Below are positions 19,722 to 32,298 of a stretch of DNA of 64,000 nt, piece after piece (position 1 is the first letter of the stretch; every line of letters starts with the position of its first letter). The DNA is taken from assembly GCF_009914755.1 (NCBI RefSeq), contig NC_060931.1, one strand, 5' to 3'. The stretch comes from the human T2T-CHM13v2.0 reference genome, Homo sapiens. The notes under the pieces are model-generated. The model searched no databases, was not told where the DNA came from, and was given only the letters and a program-made list of their open reading frames with translations. The translations under genes were made by a program, and so were the position numbers.

Positions 19722-20399
19722 TGATATGGTTTGGCTCTGTCCCCACCCAAATCTCATCTCGAATTGTAGTTCCTATAATTCCCTTGTGTTGTGGGAGGGA
19801 CCCAGTGGGAGATAACTGAATTATGGGGGCAGTTTCCCCCATACTGTTGTCATGGTAGCAATTAAGTCTTGCAAGATCTGATTTTTTTTTTTTTTTTTTT
19901 TTTTTTGAGATGGAGTTTCACTTTTGGTCCCCAGGCTGGAGTGCAATGGTGTGATCTCAGCTCACTGCAACCTCTGCCTCCCAGGTTGAAGCGATTCTCC
20001 TGCCTCAACCTCCTGAGTAGCTGGGATTACAGGTGCCTGCCATCACACCCAGCTAATTTTTGTAATTTTAGTAGAGATGGGGTTTCACTGTGTTGGCCAG
20101 GCTGGTCTCGAACTCCTGACCTCAGGCAATCCACCGGCCTCAGCCTCCCAAAGTGCTGGGATTACAGGCATGAGCCACCATGCCCAGCCCAATATGATGG
20201 TTTTATAAGGGGAAACCCCTTTCACTTGGCTGTTACCCTTCTCTTGTCTATTGCCATGTAAGACATGCCTTTCACCTTCTGCCATGATTGCAAGGCCTTC
20301 CCAGCCACGTGGAACTCTGAGTCCATTAAACTTCTTGCTTTTGTAAACTGCCCAGTCTTGGGTATGTCTTTTTCAGCAGCATGAAAACAAACTTATATA
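19722..20399 (+). mobile_element. THE1 (THE1C/D-like) solo LTR containing an antisense Alu (19882-20190)
   Basis: TGATATGGTTTGGCTCTGTCCCCACCCAAATCTCATCT start; 5-bp TSD GCATG. Confidence 0.9.
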
Positions 20400-20508
20400 G
20401 CATGATTGATTACATAATAGGCCACATTATTGAACTCAATCCCCAGTCCCTCACCTCTCCCCAGAGGTGAGGAGTAAGGCTGAAAGTTCCAACCCTTTAA
20501 TCTCGTCT

Positions 20509-20763
20509 GGGCTGGAGTGCAGTGGTGAGATCTCAGCTCACTGCAGCCTCCGCCTCCTGGGTTCAAGTGATTCTCCTGCATCAGCCTCCTGAGTAGCTGG
20601 GACTATAGGGGTGTGCCATCATGCCCAGCTAATTTTTGTATTTTTAGTAGAGACAGGGTTTCACCAAGTTGGCCATGATGGTCTTGATCTCTTGACCTTG
20701 TGATCCGCCCACCTTGGCCTCCCAAAGTGCTGAGATTGCAGGCATGAGCCAGTGTGCCTGGCC
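20509..20763 (-). mobile_element. Alu lacking tail
   Basis: Antisense Alu body. Confidence 0.9.
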
Positions 20764-21394
20764 AATTCTGAGGGCTTTTGAAGCCTTGTTCCAGCAACTA
20801 GGAACAAAGACCAAACACATATTTGATTATACCATAGTCAGGTATCACATTCTTTCTTGTGTCATGGTAATTTGGTTCAGGCGTGATTGTCCCCATTAGA
20901 ACATTCATCTTCGTTGTCACTGTCTTCATATCATCACCACTGTCACTGCAGCCACCATTTGTGAAGGCCCACTATGTGCAGGTGCTTCTGTGTGGGGCTT
21001 TGCAGACACTGCCATTTAATCCCTAAAGTGGCCTTGTGAGGTGGGAATTAAACTCATTTCATGGATAGGGAAATTGAGGAACAATTACTTCACCAGCCAC
21101 CTTGCCTGGCCTCTCAGGTGTGTTTTTGTTGTTTGTTTGTTTTTTGCCAATTCTGGGTTCATGCAAGAGGCTGATTAATTCAGGCTTTGCTGCTGGAGAC
21201 AGAGAAACTGAAAGTCTGATTTCTCCACCTGTATTTACAAAGCCCATTTCTTTTCCAGTCAAAGGGGAAGTGAGCAGGCTTGGGATACTGCCCAGTGACT
21301 AGCACACAGTGGGCTGTGATCAGCAAATCCTGGAGTTAAAATCCATGCCTGCCAGTGTCTGTTTGCAAGAGCCTTCCATTTCTTTTTTAATTCC

Positions 21395-21703
21395 TTTTTT
21401 TTTTTTTTTTTTTTGAGACAGGGTCTTGCTCTGTTGCCCACGCTGGATAGCAGTGGCATGATCATAGCTTACTGCAGCCTTGAAATCCTGGGCTTAAGTG
21501 ATCCTCCAGCCTCAGCCTCCTGAGTAGCTGGGACTACAGGTAAGTGCCAGCATATCTAGCTAATTTTATTTTATTTTATTTTTGTAGAGACAGGGTCTCC
21601 ATGTGTTGCCCAGGCTGGTCTTGAACTTGTAATCTCAAGCAGTCCTCCCCCCTCAGCCTCCCAAATTGTGGAGGATTACAGGTGTGAGCCACTGCCCCCA
21701 GCT
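21395..21703 (-). mobile_element. Alu (AluJ-like)
   Basis: Antisense dimer; TSD CCTTCCATTT(T)CT. Confidence 0.95.
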
Positions 21704-21780
21704 GACCTTCCATTTCTGTTAGATTTCTCTTCACTCCAAACTTTGGAGCTTTTTTTTTTTTTTTTTTTCTGGAAAAAAGT

Positions 21781-22115
21781 GCTGCATGATCCGATTTTTT
21801 TTAAAGTTAAAATGTATTAAAGATTCATGTTGTTTAGAGGAGTATTTTGAGAATTTCACAACATCCCCGGGAGATAATTGGTGTCTCTCCAGGGAATTGC
21901 CGGGCGAAGGCTGGGAATGATGGCATAAATCATTTGAACGCCAACAGCAGTTTTAATTAAGTTTTTCTAGAATCAGATGCTTATTTCACTGAAAAATGCT
22001 GGGTTTTGTTGACAAGTGACACATAACATTTCATTCTCCAGAGATTTTTTTGTCATCGGAAAACTTCCTCGTGGAGACCTGGTCTTCACATTAATTAATC
22101 GACCAATCAATCAGG
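21781..22115. promoter_or_regulatory. Candidate conserved non-coding enhancer
   Basis: Repeat-free block with PBX-HOX TGATTTATG (rc, 21924-21932), TTAATTAA x2 (21953, 22091), PBX TGATTGAT (rc, 22106-22113) and several retained CpGs; motif inference only. Confidence 0.4.
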
Positions 22116-22367
22116 GACTGGTTCTTGGCCCATAGGGGATTCAGAGAGGGCAGGAGTTGGCCTCAACCTCCAGGAGAGGTAGGAAGTGGTTGGCTTCCCA
22201 TTTGCTTGAGGCCTTTGGAGAGGCTGGTGCTGTGCTAGATTTTTATAGAAGTAATCTCTTTATTCACTTCTCTCACTCCTCACCTCTGCCTGGGGAGGGA
22301 GGTACTATTGCCTTCATTATCTGGATGAGGATGACTGAGGCTCCGGAATCCTTGGAAATTAGGGTGC

Positions 22368-22680
22368 TGGTTGAGTGTGATGGCTCATACCTGTAATTCC
22401 AGTAGTTTGGGAGGTCAAGGCAGGAAGATTGCTTGAGCCCAGGAATCTGAGACCAGCCTGGGCAACGTAGCAAGTCCTCATCTCTTAAAAAAAAACAAAA
22501 AAACAAATTAGCCAGCGTGGTGGTGCATTCCTGCAGTCCCAGCTACTCAGGAGGCTGAGGCGGGAGGATCACTTGAGCCCAGGAGGTGGAGGCTGCCGTG
22601 AGCTATGTATGATCATACCACTGCACTCCAGTCTGGGTGACAGAGTGAGATCCTGTCTCAAAAACAAACAAAAAAAAGAA
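22368..22680 (+). mobile_element. Alu (AluJ-like) inside a MIR
   Basis: Full dimer; TSD-like AAATTAG..TGCT. Confidence 0.9.
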
Positions 22681-23344
22681 ATGAAAATTAGAATGCTTTT
22701 ACACAGCTTGTAAACAGCAAGGCAGGTACCAAACCCTCTTCTTCTTCCTTATTGGGAGCACACTTTCTCCATAATCCCACAGGCCCTCTGGGTCCCTTAC
22801 GGGGCTTCCAGTCCAATTGGCATGTAAGACCCCAACACAGCAGAAACAGTCATGGCCCCGGATTATCACTGGACCCCAGAGTGGAGGGGAAGGAAAGCCC
22901 CAGGTTAAATTGGGAACAGACTACTGGTATAAGGAGGGGAAGGAAATGAGGCGGCGCAGCCACCTTTGCTGGAAACACACTGGAGAGGGAGTGTAGACGT
23001 GTAGGTTCTATTCCCACTTCAGCCATGACCTTGGCATGGACCTTAGCTGGACACCTCCTCATCTCAGGACCTCTAAACTGGGATTGGCCACCAAGTATCC
23101 TCTTCATGGCAGAGGCTGTGAGTCTGTGATTCTAGAGGTTCACCCATTAGTACCACCGATCTCACTGGAGACCCTACAACACAACCAGTCTCCAGACATA
23201 TCTGGGGCCACTTGCTTGTGTGGTGTGGCCCTGACATCTTACTCTGTTCCGTCTGTTTGCAATTTGAACAGGGCTGTTTTGGACACCATCTATGATTTTA
23301 AACAGCTCCTCAAGTGATCTCAGTGCATACCCAGCATTGAAGGC

Positions 23345-24181
23345 TCTTGGTTACAGGCCCGCCTCCTGGACCAATCACTGTTGAGAGGGGATGGAGTATT
23401 GTGATTGGCTAGGTTTGGGTCATATGTTCACCATTAAGCCTCACTCATGGACCCTCTAGTTTGGATGGGCAGTGGTCTTGGTGGTAAGGATGGGGGTCCC
23501 ACCAAAAACGTGGAGAAAGAGAGAAGAATAGTTCTCCCAAAGGAAACAGGGTTACTGGATCCTCTAGTGAGTGGCTGGTTCAAGGGACCCAAGAAAATCG
23601 ATTATGAAGCCAGAACCAGGACCTCCATCCCCTCCCGGTGGTCCTCGGCACTTTCTCTGGGCCATGTGCCCAGTGGAAGACTCTAAGGTTTGGAGCAGAG
23701 GCTGATCTAAGAAAGAGGCCACCCCAGCCTGCTTGTCTCACAGGCATTTAGAGACAACGGTCCAGGTATTACTCTGGGTGCCGTAGGTCATGAAACACAG
23801 CCTTGTGCATCTATGATTTTAAACAGCTCCCCAAGTGATCTCAATGCATCACAACATAGCAAGACCTCATTTCTAGAAAAAATAAAATAAAACAAATTAG
23901 CTAGGTGCAGTGGTTCTGGCTTCATCATTGAATTTCTTGGGTCCCTTGAACCAGCCACTCACTAGAGGACCCAGTAACTCTGTTTCCTTTGGGAGAACTG
24001 TTCTCCCTTTCTTCATGGTTTTGGTGGGACCCCCATCCTTACCACCAATACCGCTGCCCATCCAAACTAGAGGGTCCATGAGTGAGGCTTAATGGTGAAC
24101 ATGTGACCCAAACCTAGCCAATCATAATACTCCATCCCCTCTCAACAGTGATTGGTCTAGGGGGTGGGTGTGTAACCAAGA
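23345..24181. repeat. Long inverted repeat (arms 23345-23618 and 23911-24181)
   Basis: Hand alignment: 19 substitutions plus one 3-bp indel over ~271 bp (~93%); spacer ~290 bp. Confidence 0.95.
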
Positions 24182-24402
24182 AGAGCCAATCAGAGTGCCT
24201 CCCTCAGGCTGAGCCGAGAAAACTGCTCTGTTTATTCTTTGTGTGTTTGCTTTGCTTTTTTTTCATTGTTTGTCAGGAGTTGTTAATCTGGGAGGCAGTG
24301 AGTACAAGGTGTTGGCAGTCATCTACTTGGATGAATGGAAAAAGTCAGTCTATATAGTGGGAGAGAAAGAAGCCAACACACAAAGGCATACGGGGGGGGG
24401 GG

Positions 24403-24477
<75 letters not shown>

Positions 24478-24575
24478 CCATTATTTGAGGGACTGTCTAT
24501 CCTTGTAGCTAGTGGCAACCTTTCATGCACCTGCCCTGTGGAATGAAGTTGCCTCTAGCTTCTGTCACCTGACCC
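24090..24575 (+). mobile_element. ERVL LTR16/LTR33-like fragment containing (GA)n at ~24403-24477
   Basis: ATGTGACCCAA.C.TAGCCAATCA...CAGTGATTGGTC...GCCAATCAGAG motif pair typical of LTR16-class elements. Confidence 0.5.
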
Positions 24576-25089
24576 AGGAGAAGCCCTCGTCTTACCCTCA
24601 CTCTCCTTGCCCTGATCCTTGGCCCCTGCTCTGTCTCCCCACTAAGGGGTTGCTAGACATTTTCTGTTGGCCCTTCCAGCAAAGATAGTCCATGATTCTG
24701 GATAGCTTAGGCTGCCCTGACTCAAAGCTGAAAAACTGCAGCTCTAGCCCCCAACCGTGTATAGCAAAAGTGCTGATAACGTAACAGCTTTGCAAGTAAA
24801 TCCAGAGCTTCTGTTTCCAAGGGAGGGCTGAGGAGGGCTGTGTGTGCCGTTGTTGGGGGGCGGCGGGTAGGTGAGCGAGGCAAATTACTTTTGTTCTCTG
24901 CAGAGCCTGAGCTGGGCTTTGAAGAGGTTTTTCTGCCTCCCTGGTGCTCTGCAGATTTGGGGAATCTTCCAGCAGGGTCGGCTTCCAGGCGGGCGACAGT
25001 TAGATTCAAATCACTTCTGCTCCCCAGCTCAGCACTTGGGCCCAGGTACCTGCTGGATTCAGAGCACAGCCGCTCCTTTCTCCAGGAAA

Positions 25090-25360
25090 TCTCTGCTTAG
25101 CACAGCCAGGGCCTTTACTGTTGTCATTAGGAGGCATAAAATCCTAATTTATATTGCTAGAAGGGTAATTTATACACTAATGTAAATTTCTTTTACTGCT
25201 GATTTTTGAGCAACTGATGTGTGATTATTTCCAGCTCTCTTTCCAATGCAATTCTGAAACGACGGCTGCTAATACCTTAATATTCTTTATGATTGCCAGA
25301 GATGATATTTTTCCCGGATCAAATGTATCCAGTGGGGTTTGACATAATTGGGTTAAAGAT
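25090..25360. promoter_or_regulatory. Candidate conserved non-coding element
   Basis: Repeat-free AT-rich block with multiple TAAT cores, CATAAAA, TGTCA/TGACA; inference only. Confidence 0.3.
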
Positions 25361-25925
25361 TTCTCTTTCTGAGGCTGTAAGACTTGTTAGGCTTATGTGG
25401 GTTGGTGGGGGATGATGGCTAAGGCCTTCTGTTTGTGTTTTGTTGTCCTCTCAGTCTGGCCCCTTCTCCTTTACTGAGCGTTAGATCCCCCTTGGATGCC
25501 TACTGTGTGCTCAGCTCCAAAGGAAACTCATTATATGCAAATGTGGTTTAAGAAAGAAAAACATCATGTTAAGTGCTGATGGAACAATACCTCTTCTGGA
25601 TAGAATGGTTTTAGGAACACAGCGGGGCATGAATGGCTGGTCTTGATGTCCTGAGCATGAATGGTGGAAAGTTGAGAGGCTGGTTTCACCTCTACAGCAA
25701 GAGACAACAGTGTCTCCAGGGGGTCTCTCCCTCCCCAGCCCTACTGTGGGCAGCTGAGAGCTGGTCAGAAGTGGGCCAGAGACCACAGAAGTCTGTCTCC
25801 AAGCCATGCTCTGGCCTGTAGCCCATGCTGCCCCCTTCCAAGTAATTAACACTGATCCTAAGACCATGCTATGGTCAGAATGTTTATGTCCTGCCCAAAT
25901 TCATACGTTGAAACCCTCACCTCTT

Positions 25926-26374
25926 TGTACCCCAAATATCTGAGACAGATCTTGGTTAATTTAGAAAATTTATTTTGCCAAGGTTGAGGATGTACGCCCG
26001 TGACACAGCCTCAGGAGGTCCTGATGACATGTGCCCAAGGTGGTCGGGGCACAGCTTGTTTTTATACATTTTAGGGAGACATGAGACGTTGATCAATATG
26101 TGTAAGATGTACATTGGTTCCCTCCAGAAAGGTGGGACGATTTGAAGCAGGGAGGAGGCTTCCAGGTCACAGGTAGGTGAGAGACACATGGTTGCTTTCT
26201 TTTGAGTTTCTGACTAGCCTTTCCAAAGGAGGCAATCAGATATGCATTTATCTCAGTGAGGAGAGGGATGACTTTGAATAGAATGGGAGGCAGGTTTGTG
26301 CTAAGCAGGTCACAGCTTGACTTTTTCCTTTAGCTTAGTGATTTGGCCGCCCCAAGAGTTATTTTCCTTTCCCA
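25926..26374 (-). mobile_element. MER4A/MER4A1 ERV1 solo LTR
   Basis: GACACAGCCTCAGGAGGTCCTGATGACATGTGCCCAAGGTGGTC...GGAGGCAATCAGATATGCATTTATCTCAGTGAG; CCTC on both flanks. Confidence 0.85.
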
Positions 26375-26662
26375 CCTCCAAGATGATGGTATTAGGAGGT
26401 GGTGGAGCTTTTGAGAGGTGATTAGGTCAAGGGGAGGTGAAGTCTTCATGAATGGGGTTAAGGTCCTTATAAAAGAGGCCCAAGAGAGACCTTTCTGCCA
26501 CATGAGGTTAGAATGAAAAGATGCTGTCAGTGACAAAGTGTCACCAGATGCTGAATCTGTCAGCGACTTGCTCCTGTGACTTCCCCAGCCTCCTGAATTG
26601 TTAGAAATAAATTTCTGTTGTTTATTTATTTATTTTATTTATTATTATTTAAAAAATTTTCA

Positions 26663-27085
26663 GGCTGGCTGCGGTGGCTCACGTCTGTAATCCCAGCACT
26701 TTGAGAGGCCGAGGTGGGTGGATCATGAGATCAGGAGTGCGAGACCAGCCTGGCCAAGATGGTGAAACTCCGTCTCTACTAAAAATACAAAAATTAGCCA
26801 GGCACGGTAGTGGGCTAATGTCACCCAGGGTGGAGTACAGTGGCATGATCATGGCTCACTGCAGCCTCATACTCCTGGGCTCAAGTGATCCTCCCACCTC
26901 AACTTCCCGAGTAGCTGGGACTACAGGTGTGTACCACCACACCTGGCTAATTTTTTAATTTTTATTTTTAGAGACAGGGTCTTGCTAGGTTGCCCATGCT
27001 GATCTCGAACTCTTGGCCTCAAGTGATCCTCCTGTCTCAGCTTCCCGTGGAGCTGGGATTACAGGTGTGAGCCACTGTACTCAGC
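26663..27085. mobile_element. Fused inverted Alus: sense AluS left arm (26663-26813) joined to antisense AluJ (26820-27085)
   Basis: Orientation switches at ~26815; outer TSD ATTTCTGTTGTTTAT. Confidence 0.85.
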
Positions 27086-27249
27086 TACATTTCTGTTGTT
27101 TATAAGCTATCCTGTCTATGGTATTTTGTCATGGCAGCCCAAATGGAGTAAGACAGAGCATAATTACCACCAATCCTAATGATGGTCAAGCATCAACTTT
27201 TGATTTTGATTTTATCTAGATTTTATTTACAAGTCTAGTTGGGACCTGA

Positions 27250-27570
<321 letters not shown>

Positions 27571-27789
27571 CACTCTTGGCCTTTTAAAAACTGAGACCAC
27601 TTTGAAACCACAGTATCTCTCGAGATCCAAGGTGATGAAATTTGTAAAGCACTTGGCTTCTGCCTGATGCTTATTGAGAGCAATACTTGGTAGCAGTGTT
27701 ATTGCTTTCATTTTCATTACTTTGTAAAATTTCAGCTTGGAAAAGGTGATTCCATAAAAGTAAAATCCAGACATGATGTAGTTGTAGCA

Positions 27790-28030
27790 ATAATAATAAT
27801 AATAGCTAACATTTATATAGCACTTCCTCTGTGCCAGAGGCTATTCTAAAGATTTTAATATTTAACTCATTTACTCTTAAAACAGCCTCTCAAAGTAGTC
27901 ACTATTATTAAGCTCATTTTATGCATGTGGAAATTAGGGCACAGGGTAGTTAAGTAACTTGCCATAGATAAAATAACTTGCCACAGCTGGTGCTCAAGCA
28001 TTTGGGCCCCAGAGTCTGTCTTCTTAACCC
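27790..28030 (-). mobile_element. MIR
   Basis: ATAATAGCTAACATTTAT..AGCACTT.CT.TGTGCCAG...TTAAGTAACTTGCC. Confidence 0.75.
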
Positions 28031-28083
28031 CTGTGATAAGCTAAATTATGTCCTGTCCCCCCAGCGCCCACCACGTTGAAATC

Positions 28084-28630
28084 TGCTATGATTTGAATGT
28101 TTTTCTCCTCCAAAACTTAATGCTGAAACTTAATTCCTAATGTGGCAGTATGGAGAGGTGGGACTTTTAAGAGGCGACTGAGCCATGAGGGCAGAGCTAT
28201 TCCTGGATTAATGGATGAATCACTTTTCATGGGAATGGGACTGGTGGCTTTATAAGAAGAGGAAGGAAGACCCTTGCCATGTGATGCTCTATACCATCTC
28301 AGGACCCTGTAGAAAATCCCCACCAGCAAGAAGGTCCTCACCAGACACAGTGCCCCGACCTTGGACTTCTCAGCTTCCATAACTGTAAGAAATAAATTCC
28401 TTTTTTAGTTTGGGAATGGTGGCCTAAAAATGGAATTTATGGCCAACATGGTGAAACTCCATCTCTACTAAAAATATAAAAATTAGCTGGGCATGGTGGT
28501 GAGTGCCTGCAGTATCAGCTACTCAGGAGGCTGAGTCAGGAGAGTTGCTTGAACCTGGGAGGTGGAGGTTTGCAGTGAGCTGAGATCGTGCCACTACACT
28601 CCAGCCTGGGCTACAGAGCAAGACTGTCAC

Positions 28631-28662
<32 letters not shown>

Positions 28663-28750
28663 AGAGAGAGAGAGAGAGATTATTTTATTTTTGTAAATTA
28701 CCCAGTTTTGGGTATTCTGTTATAAGCAACAGAAAATAAGCTAAGAGACA
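28084..28750 (+). mobile_element. MST (MSTB-like) solo LTR containing a rearranged Alu (~28410-28680), nested in an MLT1B-like LTR (~28034-29350)
   Basis: TGCTATGATTTGAATG...TTATAAGCAACAGAAAA...GACA; TSD AA(A/G)TC. Confidence 0.8.
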
Positions 28751-28887
28751 AAGTCCGAACCCTTAGTATCTCAGAATATGACTGCATTTGGCCATAAGTT
28801 CTTTAAAGAGATAATTAAGTTAAAAAGAGGTCTTTAGGGCAAACCGTAATCCCATTTGACTGTTGTCTTTATAAGAAGAGGAAATTT

Positions 28888-29351
<464 letters not shown>

Positions 29352-29545
29352 TAATGCTGCTGTGAACATGGATATACAAATATCTCTTTGAGACCCTAAT
29401 TTCAATTCTTTTGCATATACATCCAGATATGGAAATTGCTGGACCTTTTGGTAATTCTATTTTTAATTTTTGGAGGAAACTTAGGCCTGGTTAGATGAAC
29501 TGGTTTGCCCAAGTTCCCACATCTGGTAAGTTGTGGGGAGCTGAG

Positions 29546-29870
29546 TTTTTTTTTTTTTTTTTTTGAAGAGACAGGTCTTGCTCTGTTGCCCAGGCTGCAG
29601 CAATGTTAGCTCACTGCAGCCTTGAACACCAGTGCTCAAGGGATCCTCTCTGCTCAGTCCCCCGAGTAGATGGGACTACAGGTGCAGGGGTTAGAGGAGG
29701 GAGGAATTGGGAGTTGTTGCTTAATGGATATATATTAATAGTTTCAGTTTTGCAAGATGAAAAGAGTCCCAGAGATTGGCTGCACAACAAAGTGAATGTA
29801 CTTAACATGACTGAACTACGTATTTAAAAATGATGAGATGATAAATATTATTTAAAAATAAAAATAAAAT
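29546..29870. mobile_element. Partial antisense AluJ (29546-29686) abutting an L1M 3' end (+, 29687-29870)
   Basis: GGAGTT..TG.TTAATGG.TA...GTTTCAGTTTTGCAAGATGAAAAGAGT...GTGAATGTACTTAA. Confidence 0.75.
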
Positions 29871-29964
29871 AACAAGAACAAAAGAAAACTAAAGCAACCA
29901 AACATGGTTCTGGGAGGTTGAGCTGGCTGGGAATTCTCTGCCAAGCTGTAGATAGATCCCTTTC

Positions 29965-30282
29965 TTGCCTTCTTTTCTTTTCTTTCTTTTTTTTTTTTTT
30001 GAGATGGAATGTCACTCTGTAGCCCAAGCTGGAGTGCAGTGGCACGATCTTGGCTCACTGCAACCTCTGCTTCCAGGAGTAAAGCGATTCTTGTGCTTCC
30101 GCCTCCTGAGTAGCTGGGATTACAGGTGTGTGCTACCATGTCTGGCTAATTTTTGTATTTTTAGTAGAGACAGGGTTTTGCCATGTTGGCCATGCTGGTC
30201 TTGAACTCCTGGCCTCAGGTGATCCACCCACCTTGGCCTCCCAAAGTGTTAGGATTACAGGCATGAACCACTGCGCCCGGCC
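29965..30282 (-). mobile_element. Alu
   Basis: Antisense dimer. Confidence 0.95.
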
Positions 30283-30379
30283 AGAGGATGGCTCTTCTAA
30301 TCCCTGCAATGCCCAAGGATTTGAAGCATTAGTTCTAGGCAGGAACACTCCATGCTAGAGCTTGGCCTACTCAGCTGTC

Positions 30380-30905
30380 ATCCATAGTTCCTCCTTCTGT
30401 GCCAGGAGATCCTAGTTTTATTCTATTTTCAGGCAGCAATGTGCTCAGTGAAGGTAAACCTGCCCTCAACCCAGAGAATGAACCTTAAATTTCCCAGATC
30501 AGTCATGATAATCCACTTCCTCTTTGCCAGTGATTGCTTTAGGGATGGCCATGAGACCTATTCCAGCCAATAAGACAGGATACAAGTTTTGGGGGGCTCC
30601 TGGGAAAGATGTCTTTCTCTAACAGAAGAGGATGCTACAGAAACAAAGCCCCTTTCCTGAACTTTCCCATCTTCCCATCTTGAATGTGGTTCTGTGGTGC
30701 TTCAGCAGCCCTTTTGTGATCATGAGGTGACAATTCTAAGGACAGAAAGCCAACACCCTGGGGTTGGTACTGCAGGAAGACAGAAGGAGCCTATGTCTTT
30801 TATGATATGGTCGAGCCACTGCATTCAACTTGGAACTGCCAACGCCCAGGCTTCTTTTATTCATAAGAACTGATGTCTTTATTGCTGTTGGTCAGGTTTA
30901 CTGTT
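30380..30905 (+). mobile_element. LTR33-like ERVL LTR (old)
   Basis: GCCAGTGATTG.TT.AGGGATGG.CATG.GACC..TTC..GCCAAT..GAC...CTGGGAAAG. Confidence 0.5.
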
Positions 30906-31201
30906 GCCCTTTGAGCCCAGTGGAAGAAAGCAGGATGCACTGGTGTGCTGCCTTGGCCCTCACCACACCCTAGCTGGGAGGAAACTTCCTTAGCTTCTTC
31001 TGAGGATGCTTGGGAAAAAAAAAATCCCAGCTCTGCTACCCCTTTTATCTTTCTTCTTTCTTTCCAATCTTAGTTCTCCTTTCACCAATATTCCTACTTG
31101 CTCATTTTCTTTCCCGAATTGGAATCATTCATTCATTCATTTTATTAGGAGAGAGTATAGCATGAGCTCCAGAATAGATTGAGTTCAAAAGTCAGCTCCC
31201 A

Positions 31202-31430
31202 GGCCATGCCTGGTGGCTCATGCCTGTAATCCTAGCACTTTGGGAGGCTGAGGGAGGAGGGCCACTTGAGGCCAGGAGTTTGAGGCCATTCTGGGCAACA
31301 TAGTGAGACCCTGTTTCTACAAAAAAAATTTTTAAAAATTAGCCAGGCATGGTGGTGCATGCCTGTAGTCCCAGCTACTCTGGAGGCTGAGGCAGGAAGA
31401 TCCCTTGAGCCCAGGAGTTTGAGGCTGCAA
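31202..31430 (+). mobile_element. AluJ, 3'-truncated
   Basis: Ends at TTTGAGGCTGCA with no tail. Confidence 0.9.
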
Positions 31431-31998
31431 GCTTTCCTGCCTTTCCTTTCCTTTTTCTTTCTCCTTATTGCTTGGTGACCTCATTGCAGACCCATCCTCA
31501 CTCCTGCTGACTGTCTGTGCTCCACCTCTTTTGAAACACCTGCCTCCTCCCAAAGCATTCAATACTCTTTCGGTCATTCCAGCCAGAGATCAGGGGAGGC
31601 CTGATTGCTTTGTTAGCCCTAATTGGTGTCTTGATTCTTTTTCTAATGCAGTGAACCAAAGATTCTGAACTAAGGCTTAGACATGAGACCGAAGGGATTT
31701 TAAACAAAGGCCCTTTTATTTTTCTACTCAAGATAATATTATGAAATAAGGTAATAGTCTCCATGGTCTATTGGTCCTTTGCTGGATGAATGTTTCCCCT
31801 AAATGAATAGGGGAGGGTGACAAAGAGAGAGAGTTTTGTTTCTGGGCAAATTCTGTGAGCTTGGCCTGGCTTTCCCAGGGGAGGGCCCTGAGATCTGAGA
31901 TGATGGCAGTGGCGACCTTCGATCACAGCTTTCCTTTGCTCATCTGGGACTCTAGAAGGAAGATCTCATCTATTCTTTGATAAGAATATAACGAAGTG

Positions 31999-32298
<300 letters not shown>

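Larger units (their letters stand above)
19245..20835. mobile_element. MER21-like ERVL LTR, interrupted by THE1 and two Alus
   Basis: CTACAATTCAGTTCAATTCTGACACT.ACTACCTGGAGT.AGCACAGA...AAGGGCTCAG; resumes after THE1 with GCATGATTGATTA...TTGAACTCAATC. Confidence 0.7.
25867..27157 (+). mobile_element. MLT1A-like LTR interrupted by MER4A and Alus
   Basis: TGCTATGGTCAGAATGTTTATGTCC start; end TTGTTTATAAGC..CC.GTCTATGGTATTTTG...TAAGACA. Confidence 0.75.

Noticed and set aside
23447-24079. Two paralogous ORFs starting MDPLVWMGSG on opposite strands
   Set aside because: They are a by-product of the inverted duplication. They are short, have no recognisable domain, diverge immediately at the arm boundary, and have no promoter or splice evidence.
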